A stretch of DNA of 64,000 nt, taken from the NCBI GenBank assembly GCA_035996065.1, contig DASYJX010000037.1, positions 31,296 through 95,295 on the forward strand. Direction: 5' to 3'. The position numbers and the translations under genes are program-made. Source of the DNA: Steroidobacteraceae bacterium. GTDB taxonomy: Bacteria; Pseudomonadota; Gammaproteobacteria; Steroidobacterales; Steroidobacteraceae. Below, piece after piece: positions 23,839-31,457 of this stretch (positions within the stretch are counted from its first letter, which is position 1; every line of letters begins with the position of its first letter). Below the pieces are notes generated by a model. That model was not told where the DNA came from and did not search any database. It saw only the letters and a list, made by a program, of their open reading frames with translations.

Positions 23839-25650
23839 ATGCAATTTTACTCACGAGCCGCGTCGTTCGGCTGCCTTGGCGCAATATCAGCGCTGGTACT
23901 TTCCGCCCTCAACGCAGCCGCGGCATCCCCCGCTCCCTACCGCCCCATTGCGCCCAGGCTGACGGACAACACCATCGTGTTGACCGGCAAGGACCTCACC
24001 ATCGAGCAAGTCGTGCAAGTGGCGCGGTACGGCGCGAAGGTCGAGTTGAGTCCGGAAGCCAGGCAGCGCTCCGCCGACGCGCATGCCCTGCTCCTTGAAG
24101 CGGGCGCCGAGGGTGTATCGGTCTATTGGTTCAATCGCGGTTCGGGATCCGGCCGCGAGAGATTCATATTCACGGGTGATCCATTATCGCCGGCGAACAA
24201 GAAACTCTTGGAAGCCCGCCAGCTCGCGATATTCCAACGCGGCGCTCTCGCGGGCCTTGGCCCGGAGATCAGCGATGAAGAAATCGTTCGCGCCATGCTG
24301 GTGGTACGCGCCAATACCATGAGCTTCGAGGCTGCTAGTCCGCAGCTCACGCAACGCCTGCTCGACTTGCTCAATGAGCGCATTACGCCGGTGGTGCAAT
24401 CCCGGAGCACGGTCGGCGAAGGGGATTTAGGACCGTTCACGAACGTCGGAGCGACGATGGTGGGCGCGGGCAACTGCTACTACCGCGGCGTACGCATGCG
24501 GGCAGACGCGGCGCTCAAGCAAGCGGGGCTCGAGCCGCTTGCACCCTTTGGAGCCGACGACAGCGAACTAGAAAGCACCAATTCCTACTCTACCGGCCAG
24601 GCGGCGCTGCTGCTTTACGATGCGCGAGAGGCGCTGTCGTGGGCGGATCTCATCTATGCCATTGATCTCAACGGCATGAACAGCAGCGTCTCCCCGCTGT
24701 CGCAGCCCGTGCAGGCCAATCGGCCGTTCAAATGGCTCAACTGGGACGCCGCACGCGTGCTCGCCATGCTCAAGGGAAGCTATCTGTTCGAATTGGACGA
24801 CAAACGGATCATTCAGGATCCTGAAAGCTTGCGTGCTTCATCGATTCGCCAGGGCTCGGCGTGGCAAGCGTGGGCGCAACTGCGGGATGTCGTGCTCGTT
24901 CAAATGAACTCGTCCGACCACAATCCCGCGGTCCGCGTAGGCGCTTCTCCGTCGGATTCCTGGGAGCTCAGCACGCCCCAGCTCGCGCAATTCTATGTCA
25001 AGGGCAGCCCGCGCAATCATGGCCAGCACGGTTTCATATTTTCGAACGCCAACTGGGATCCCTATCCCATGGCCAACGAAATTGAAGCCTTTACGATCGC
25101 ACTCGCCAACATGGACGCTGCCGTCGTGCAGAGGATGCTGCGCTTCACGAACACGTTCTTCACCGTGATCGCACCCTCGGACGAGTCGCCGGGGGAACCC
25201 GGACGCTTCCATCTGACTCAAGGCAGCGAGATTGCGGCAGTAGCCCTCATGCAGGAAATCCAAGGTCTGATCAATCCCGTGCCGCCGGAAGGCAACGCGC
25301 TCATTCAGAATGTGGAAGACATGCAGACGCAAACGCGGCTCAAGGTCACCCGGGCGCGGGCTGCGGTCGACGATACTTTCGATCTCTTGGCCGAAGATCT
25401 GTTGACCGGGACTTATTGGCTGGATCTGCGCAAATCGCAGAATCACTCCCGAACCTTCGGCGCCTCGCCCACGGCAGTATGGACTGCCTTTCGCGGCGCG
25501 CTTCCCTTCAACGGCGCAGGGCCAAGCCCGCCCACCCAGCCGATCCACGACATTGCGGCGGCGTTCATACGCAGCAATGCAGCCGCGAATTTCTACCGGG
25601 ACAATGCACGGGAGCCAGATGCGCTCGCTCGCCGGCATATCACCGAATGA
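23839..25650 (+). CDS. Aromatic amino-acid/histidine ammonia-lyase family homolog with a signal peptide and without the MIO Ala-Ser-Gly triad
   Basis: From ORF 23470-25650, trimmed to ATG 23839 because the extension overlaps the regulator gene. MQFYSRAASFGCLGAISALVLSALNAAAASP is Sec-type. Family blocks are LTGKDLTIEQVVQVARYGAKVELSPEARQR, QDPESLR and NSSDHNPAV. The position that is GSVGASGDLAPL in HAL/PAL reads STVGEGDLGPF here. Confidence 0.75.
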   Translation: MQFYSRAASFGCLGAISALVLSALNAAAASPAPYRPIAPRLTDNTIVLTGKDLTIEQVVQVARYGAKVELSPEARQRSADAHALLLEAGAEGVSVYWFNRGSGSGRERFIFTGDPLSPANKKLLEARQLAIFQRGALAGLGPEISDEEIVRAMLVVRANTMSFEAASPQLTQRLLDLLNERITPVVQSRSTVGEGDLGPFTNVGATMVGAGNCYYRGVRMRADAALKQAGLEPLAPFGADDSELESTNSYSTGQAALLLYDAREALSWADLIYAIDLNGMNSSVSPLSQPVQANRPFKWLNWDAARVLAMLKGSYLFELDDKRIIQDPESLRASSIRQGSAWQAWAQLRDVVLVQMNSSDHNPAVRVGASPSDSWELSTPQLAQFYVKGSPRNHGQHGFIFSNANWDPYPMANEIEAFTIALANMDAAVVQRMLRFTNTFFTVIAPSDESPGEPGRFHLTQGSEIAAVALMQEIQGLINPVPPEGNALIQNVEDMQTQTRLKVTRARAAVDDTFDLLAEDLLTGTYWLDLRKSQNHSRTFGASPTAVWTAFRGALPFNGAGPSPPTQPIHDIAAAFIRSNAAANFYRDNAREPDALARRHITE

Positions 25651-26510
25651 TCGCCAACGCTCGTATGTACTCGGTGAGCCCGCAGGCTGCCGAGCTTTGG
25701 CGCAGGCTCCTCGCCGCTGTAATCGTGCACGCCGGATTGGACATCGAGCTGCTCGAACACGCCGAGCCGGCGCCGATCAACGAGTTGTGGCAGCGCTCCG
25801 ATAAAGCCGCCGTGTTCATGTGCGGCCTGCCTTTTTCTCTTTCGCATCCTCGGCCGGAACTCATTGCGGCGCCGGTCCCCTCGCCGCCCGATTTTCACGG
25901 CATGCCGCAATACTGGAGCGAAATGGTGGTGCGAAACGACAGCGCCTTCCATGCCGTTGAAGACACCTTCGGCGCGCGGATTGCTCTGACGGTGCCGGAC
26001 TCTCAATCCGGATGCCTTGCCGCGCTCTATTATCTGATGACATCCGCGAATCAATTCCCGGTCTATCGCGAAGTCATCACGCCGCAGGTGACGCCGCAAG
26101 GTGCGATGTCGGCGGTCATCGCCGGTGCGGCGGATGTGGCGCCCATCGATTCCTATGCTTTTTGCCTATTACGAAAGTATCGCCCGGACTTGACGTCCCA
26201 ACTCCGCACCATCGGCCGAACCGAGCGAACGCCCATTCCGGCGCTGGTGGCGTCGCGGACGGGCCTCGGCGGGCTGCAGGACGCGTTCCTGGAAGCGCAT
26301 CGAATTGAGTCCGTTGCCCCCCTGATGGCGGCTTTGCTGCTGCAACGGTTCGTTCGCCCGGATCCCGAATCCTATGATGCGTTGCGGTTGAATTTCGAGG
26401 CCGCAAGCCGCTTCTGGAGCGAGCATCCCCTCGCCTCCACGGTCCATCCGGCCTTCGCGGCCGGGCCTTTTGCGACCCCCGGCCTTCGCGAGGAATCGGG
26501 AAACCGTTAA
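25647..26510 (+). CDS. PhnD/SsuA-fold substrate-binding-like protein without a signal peptide
   Basis: From ORF 25416-26510, trimmed to ATG 25647, which overlaps the upstream TGA (ATGA). 287 aa, beginning MIANARMYSVSPQAAELWRRLL... This matches the ANARMY-type start typical of the leaderless PhnD-like family. No ABC permease or ATPase is nearby. Confidence 0.6.
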   Translation: MIANARMYSVSPQAAELWRRLLAAVIVHAGLDIELLEHAEPAPINELWQRSDKAAVFMCGLPFSLSHPRPELIAAPVPSPPDFHGMPQYWSEMVVRNDSAFHAVEDTFGARIALTVPDSQSGCLAALYYLMTSANQFPVYREVITPQVTPQGAMSAVIAGAADVAPIDSYAFCLLRKYRPDLTSQLRTIGRTERTPIPALVASRTGLGGLQDAFLEAHRIESVAPLMAALLLQRFVRPDPESYDALRLNFEAASRFWSEHPLASTVHPAFAAGPFATPGLREESGNR

Positions 26511-26533
26511 ACTGAGGGCCTTAGAGCCAAACC

Positions 26534-27436
26534 ATGCAATCCGTGAAAAAAGCATTCTTCCGAGTCGATGGGCCCACCTGGCTGGTCGCCCTGGTTCTGT
26601 ATGGCGCGTGGGTGCTTTTGGTGTGGTTCAATGCCGTCTTGCCCTGGTGGATCATCATGCCGGTGGGCGCCTATCTGATCGCTTGGCACTTTTCGTTGCA
26701 GCATGAAGCCATTCATTCGTTTCGGGGAGTGCCCGCGTGGCTACGTTTCGCGGTGGTGTTTCCGCCGTTGGGTTTATGGTTTCCGTATCCGCTCTATCGA
26801 AAGAGTCATAGCACCCATCATCGCGACGTGAATTTAACCATCCCGGAAGTCGATACCGAGTCTTATTATGTGCTTCAGGCGGACTGGGAGCGCATGGGGA
26901 GATTCAAGCGGCATGTGCTGCTGTTCAATCAGACCTTGACCGGCCGTTTGCTGATCGGCCCCGTCCTGCGCCTGTGGACTCTCATCGCCAAGGAGACGCG
27001 CCGAGTACGGCAACGCGACTACAGCCATTTGCCCCATTGGGCCCTGCACGTTGTCGCGGTGGGAATTCTTTTCTGGTTCATCTCCCGAGTCTGCCGCTTT
27101 CCGTGGTGGCAGTACTGTCTGCTCGTTGCATACCCGGGCCTGAGTTTAGGATTGCTGCGCGCATTTACCGAGCATCGCGCGGCACAAGACTCTCAGGAGA
27201 GAACCGCATCCGTCGAGTCGAATGCATTATTCGGGATGCTGTACCTCTTTAACAACCTGCACGTGGCGCATCACTTGAAGCCCACCATGCCGTGGTACCA
27301 AATCCCGCGCTTTTATCGGGAAAATAAGCATGAGCTCTTGGCGAGCAACGGAAACTTCGTATATTCAGGATATACCGTGATTGCCCGGCGGTATTTTCTG
27401 ACCCCCGTATTCAGTCCCGTTCACCCGACGCTGTAG
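26534..27436 (+). CDS. Membrane fatty-acid desaturase/hydroxylase family protein (di-iron, three His boxes)
   Basis: His boxes HEAIH, HSTHH and HVAHH, with hydrophobic spans between them. 300 aa. Confidence 0.8.
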   Translation: MQSVKKAFFRVDGPTWLVALVLYGAWVLLVWFNAVLPWWIIMPVGAYLIAWHFSLQHEAIHSFRGVPAWLRFAVVFPPLGLWFPYPLYRKSHSTHHRDVNLTIPEVDTESYYVLQADWERMGRFKRHVLLFNQTLTGRLLIGPVLRLWTLIAKETRRVRQRDYSHLPHWALHVVAVGILFWFISRVCRFPWWQYCLLVAYPGLSLGLLRAFTEHRAAQDSQERTASVESNALFGMLYLFNNLHVAHHLKPTMPWYQIPRFYRENKHELLASNGNFVYSGYTVIARRYFLTPVFSPVHPTL

Positions 27437-27445
27437 GCCATCGCG

Positions 27446-28747
27446 TTGCCCGGCAAAACCCGCGCGATCGTCGCGACCTCGATCGGCAATATGCTCGAGT
27501 GGTACGACTTCACGGTCTACGCATTGTTTGCGGGCTACATCGCCGGAAACTTCTTTCCCGGCGATGATCCGAATACGCGGCTGCTGAAAACCTTTCTCGT
27601 CTTCGGCTTGGGCTTTGTCGTCCGCCCGATGGGCGCGGTGCTCATCGGAAACTTCGGCGATCGGGCCGGGCGCAAAGCCGCGCTGACCTTGACGATTCTG
27701 TTGATGGCCGCCGGCACGGGCATCATTGCATTTTCCCCGACCTATTCATCCATCGGAATCGGAGCTCCGCTCCTTCTGTTGCTTGGGCGTGTGCTGCAAG
27801 GATTTTCGGCTGGCGGCGAAGTCGGCGGCGCTACGGCCTACCTATTGGAAAGTGCGGATCCTGCGCAGCGCGGGCGAGTCGCCTCGTGGCTCGAGGCCAG
27901 CATGGGAATGGCCAATATACTGGGTGCATTGGCGGCGTTCTCGGTTACTGCCGTATTGAGCACCGCCGAAGTGCAAGCCTGGGGCTGGCGGATTCCCTTT
28001 GTCTTTGGACTGGCGATTGCCCCGGTGGGTCTGTATCTCAGGCGCACGCTGGATGAAACCGAAGCATTCCAAGCCGAAACCCGGCTCCGGGCGCGCGACG
28101 GCGGTCACGGCAAGGCGCCGTTGTTCGAGATATTTCGCGATCATGGCCGCACCCTTTTTGTCGGCCTTTGCGTCGCGGTACTCTGGGCTGTCGCAGTGTA
28201 TGTCTTGATGATATTCCTGCCGACGTATGTGCAGCATCCCGACACTTTCAATTTCAGCGCGCGTCAGGCATTCGGCGCCTCGCTGCTCGGGAACATACCG
28301 TTCGTCATCGGATGCGTATGGTTCGGTTCCCTGTCCGATCGCATCGGCAGGCGGAGAAGCCTGTTCATCAGCGCGGCTCTTCTCCTCGTTCTGATATTGC
28401 CGTTGTTCCTTTGGCTGAAGGCCGATCCGACCCCCTCGACTCTGATCATCGTGCAATCGATCGTTTGCCTCTTGGTGGCAAGCTTCGTCGGGGTCGCTCC
28501 GGCGGCGTTGTCGGAGATTTTTCCGACCGGCGTCCGTTCGACGGGAATGTCGCTCGTTTACAACGGAGCATTTACGCTGTTCGGCGGCTTCGCACCCATG
28601 ATCCTCACCTGGCTCACGCAGCGATCGGGCGGCTCGATATACTCGCCGGCCTGGTACGTGATGCTGGCCGCGGCGGTCGCGTTGATCGCGATTCCCTTCC
28701 TGGGGCAGAGACATAAGGCCCCCATCGCAGTCCCAGAATACGTTTGA
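27446..28747 (+). CDS. MFS transporter, metabolite:H+ symporter (MHS; ProP/KgtP-like) family
   Basis: TTG start. Contains GNMLEWYDFTVYALFAGYI (MHS N-terminal signature) and GDRAGRK (MFS motif A). 433 aa. Confidence 0.85.
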   Translation: MPGKTRAIVATSIGNMLEWYDFTVYALFAGYIAGNFFPGDDPNTRLLKTFLVFGLGFVVRPMGAVLIGNFGDRAGRKAALTLTILLMAAGTGIIAFSPTYSSIGIGAPLLLLLGRVLQGFSAGGEVGGATAYLLESADPAQRGRVASWLEASMGMANILGALAAFSVTAVLSTAEVQAWGWRIPFVFGLAIAPVGLYLRRTLDETEAFQAETRLRARDGGHGKAPLFEIFRDHGRTLFVGLCVAVLWAVAVYVLMIFLPTYVQHPDTFNFSARQAFGASLLGNIPFVIGCVWFGSLSDRIGRRRSLFISAALLLVLILPLFLWLKADPTPSTLIIVQSIVCLLVASFVGVAPAALSEIFPTGVRSTGMSLVYNGAFTLFGGFAPMILTWLTQRSGGSIYSPAWYVMLAAAVALIAIPFLGQRHKAPIAVPEYV

Positions 28748-30279
28748 TCTTGCGGGAGAATCCCTTGTCGGATCGTCCGAACTTTTTAATTTTGATGGCG
28801 GATCAGCTGACCGCGCGCGCGTTGCCCGCCTACGGGAACAAAGTGGCCAAGACTCCTCACATCGATGCGCTGGCCGGCGCCGGAGTCGTTTTCGATTCGT
28901 TCTATTGCAATAGTCCGCTGTGTGCGCCGTCCCGGTTTTCCTTTCTGTCCGGCCGCCAGGTATCCGCCATCGGCGCGTACGACAACGCGGCGGAGTTTCC
29001 CGCTCAAGTGCCGACTTTCGCGCATTATTTGCGGCGCGCCGGATACCAGACCGTGCTGAGCGGCAAGATGCATTTTTGCGGCGCGGATCAGTTGCATGGA
29101 TTCGAAGAACGGCTCACGACCGATATCTATCCGGCCGACTTCGGCTGGACACCTGATTGGACTCGTTTCGAACACCGGCCGGCTTGGTATCACTCAATGG
29201 ACTCCGTCACCCAGGCGGGCCCCTGTACGCGCACCAACCAGATCGACTTCGATGACGACGTCGTCTTCAATGCGCGTCAGAAACTCTTCGACATGGCGAG
29301 GTCGAAAGATCCGCGGCCGTTCTGCATGGTCGCTTCGATGACCCATCCGCATGATCCGTACGTGATTCCGCAGCGCTATTGGGACCGCTACGAAGATATC
29401 GACATCGACATGCCGCGCGTGCGCCTCGCTCCCGGCGAGCTCGACCCGCATTCGCGGCGGCTGCGCCATGTGTGTGGGCTCGATCAGCAGCCGGTGACCG
29501 AGGCGCAAATGCGTGCCGCCCGCCGCGCTTACTATGGCGCGGTTTCATATGTCGACGATCAAATCGGCGTGCTCCTGGCGGCCCTCGCGGATGCGCGCTT
29601 CGCCGCAAACACCGTCGTGATGTTGCTCGCCGATCACGGCGACATGCTGGGCGAACGCGGCCTCTGGTACAAAATGAATTTCTTCGAACCGGCCTGCCGG
29701 ATTCCGCTGATCGTGCATTCACCGCGGCGCTTCGCCGCGCGGCGAGTGCCGCATTCCGCTTCGCTCGTCGACATCCTCCCCACCTTGTGCGATCTCGCCG
29801 GCGTCGAGCCTGATTACGCAACGCCGCTCGACGGCACGAGTTTGGCGGGGCAGCTCGAGGGAAGCCCCGGCAAGGACGAGGTCATCGGCGAGTATCTTGC
29901 CGAGGGCGCAATCGCCCCCCTCGTGATGATCAAACGCGGAGGCTACAAATTCGTGCATTCGCCCGCCGATCCGGATCAGCTGTACGATTTGCAGGTCGAT
30001 CCCGATGAGCTGCGAAATCTTGTCGCCACTCCGCGACATGCCGCGCGCGTTCAAGAATTTCTCGCGGAAGTGAAGATACGCTGGGACCTGCGAGCCCTGC
30101 ATGCCGAGGTGATGGCGAGTCAGCGGCGCCGACATCTCGTGTACGCGGCGTTGCGCAAGGGCCGGTACACGCCGTGGGATTTTCAACCGATTCGCGACGC
30201 CAGTCGGCTTTATGTCCGCAACGACCAGGAGCTCGGCGATTTTGAGGCCATGGCGAGGTTTCCTCCCTTCCGCGCCTGA
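28744..30279 (+). CDS. betC: Choline-sulfatase-like type I sulfatase
   Basis: Contains PNFLILMADQL, CNSPLCAPSRFSFLSGR (the C-x-P-x-R formylglycine motif) and DHGDMLGERG. 511 aa from TTG 28744. An alternative TTG at 28765 is preceded by GGGAG. Confidence 0.8.
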   Translation: MILRENPLSDRPNFLILMADQLTARALPAYGNKVAKTPHIDALAGAGVVFDSFYCNSPLCAPSRFSFLSGRQVSAIGAYDNAAEFPAQVPTFAHYLRRAGYQTVLSGKMHFCGADQLHGFEERLTTDIYPADFGWTPDWTRFEHRPAWYHSMDSVTQAGPCTRTNQIDFDDDVVFNARQKLFDMARSKDPRPFCMVASMTHPHDPYVIPQRYWDRYEDIDIDMPRVRLAPGELDPHSRRLRHVCGLDQQPVTEAQMRAARRAYYGAVSYVDDQIGVLLAALADARFAANTVVMLLADHGDMLGERGLWYKMNFFEPACRIPLIVHSPRRFAARRVPHSASLVDILPTLCDLAGVEPDYATPLDGTSLAGQLEGSPGKDEVIGEYLAEGAIAPLVMIKRGGYKFVHSPADPDQLYDLQVDPDELRNLVATPRHAARVQEFLAEVKIRWDLRALHAEVMASQRRRHLVYAALRKGRYTPWDFQPIRDASRLYVRNDQELGDFEAMARFPPFRA

Positions 30280-30465
30280 CTACAGGGATTCCCCCATGGG
30301 ACTGTAGGCCCGTACTTACAAGGACCGAATCGGCCTCGAAAAAACTGCCGCAAATCGCCAAGAATTGCTCTGCAGCACAAAGCAATTGGTGGCATGATAC
30401 GAGCGATGTCCGCCCAGCGGACACTTAGCCGCTTTACGACCGGGTGCGCTTTGCATAGCAAGAAC

Positions 30466-30879
30466 ATGACGCCTACTTGGGAAGGACACGAGCCCGACAC
30501 CAGCGCGCGCCTGCTCGATGTTCTCGTGACCGCCACCACCGGATCAGCGAAAGTCTCACGCTCCGATCGAATCCTCTTCGTCGCGTGCGAGTTTTGGGCT
30601 GCCGCGCGCAATCGTTCACTCCTGGAACAACTCAGCGCCGATCCGATTGCGCAGCTGCGAGCTGCCGAGGAAGCGTTCCACGTCATCGGGCTTCCCAAGG
30701 TGGCCGGGTGCTTGCGCCTCGGGCGCTTGGCTCTGACGGATTTCAACCCGCCGATCCAGCTGAAGAATGTCGCCGAGAATATCGAAAGCTGGCTCGAGGA
30801 TGTGGACGAACCTGTCGATCAAGTGATTGCCGAGTTCGCCAAAAAACAGGCATCCGAACGCCAAAGTAGCGCCAACTGA
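30466..30879 (+). CDS. Hypothetical protein (about 137 aa)
   Basis: From ORF 30394-30879. Composition and third-position GC look coding from ATG 30466 onward. I recognise no motif. The competing minus-strand ORFs are Arg/Ser-rich shadows. Confidence 0.4.
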   Translation: MTPTWEGHEPDTSARLLDVLVTATTGSAKVSRSDRILFVACEFWAAARNRSLLEQLSADPIAQLRAAEEAFHVIGLPKVAGCLRLGRLALTDFNPPIQLKNVAENIESWLEDVDEPVDQVIAEFAKKQASERQSSAN

Positions 30880-30908
30880 GCGATTGAGTTCGTTGTCCGA
30901 TAAACGGC

Positions 30909-31457
30909 TTAATTGAAGTCCTCGGCGGTCGAGCGCATCCATCCCATCAGATGTTCGGCGTACACGCGCTCGACGATCAATAGAAATTCTTCCGCCTGAA
31001 CGCACACTGTCAGCACGTGCAGTTCGGCCAATCGGCCGGCGCGCGCTTCGCTTAAATCCGGGACCGCGGTCGTCGCCCCCATTCGCTGCAAAAAGTCCCG
31101 CGCGCGCCGTCCTTGCGCTCGAATTACGCATACGCCTCCCGTCTGCTCCACCATGCAACCGTCCGTTGCGCTGAGAAGCCGCCGTTCGAGGTCGGCTAGC
31201 ATCGCCCGGTCGGTGCAGAGAAGCAGCGTCTCGGTGGGACCGCGCCACGCCAGAACCCCGCGCGCATGAAAGCCTCCGGTATCGAATGCCGCCGCATGCA
31301 ATGGCTGCGGGATCGGGTGCCCAATCGTATCGCACACCGTCTCAGCAAAGCGGCCCGCGCGATCGAAATAGCGCAATGAGGCCGCGCAAAAGTCCAAACC
31401 ATCGACGCGCAGGCCCGTGGCTTCGATAGCGAATGGCGCGTTCCTCAATTCATCCAC
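30909..31457 (-). CDS. soxG: Sarcosine oxidase gamma subunit (operon 1)
   Basis: From ORF 30909-31508. I prefer GTG 31457, which gives the same 8-nt overlap with the soxA stop as seen in operon 2. ATG 31508 remains possible. The gene's position after soxA and its size fit SoxG. Confidence 0.75.
   Translation of the reverse strand: MDELRNAPFAIEATGLRVDGLDFCAASLRYFDRAGRFAETVCDTIGHPIPQPLHAAAFDTGGFHARGVLAWRGPTETLLLCTDRAMLADLERRLLSATDGCMVEQTGGVCVIRAQGRRARDFLQRMGATTAVPDLSEARAGRLAELHVLTVCVQAEEFLLIVERVYAEHLMGWMRSTAEDFN

Noticed and set aside
30210-31335. Minus-strand ORFs 30210-30746 (178 aa) and 30616-31335 (239 aa).
   Set aside because: Both products are Arg/Ser-rich. The second is out of frame inside soxG, and the first is antisense to the more protein-like plus-strand ORF.
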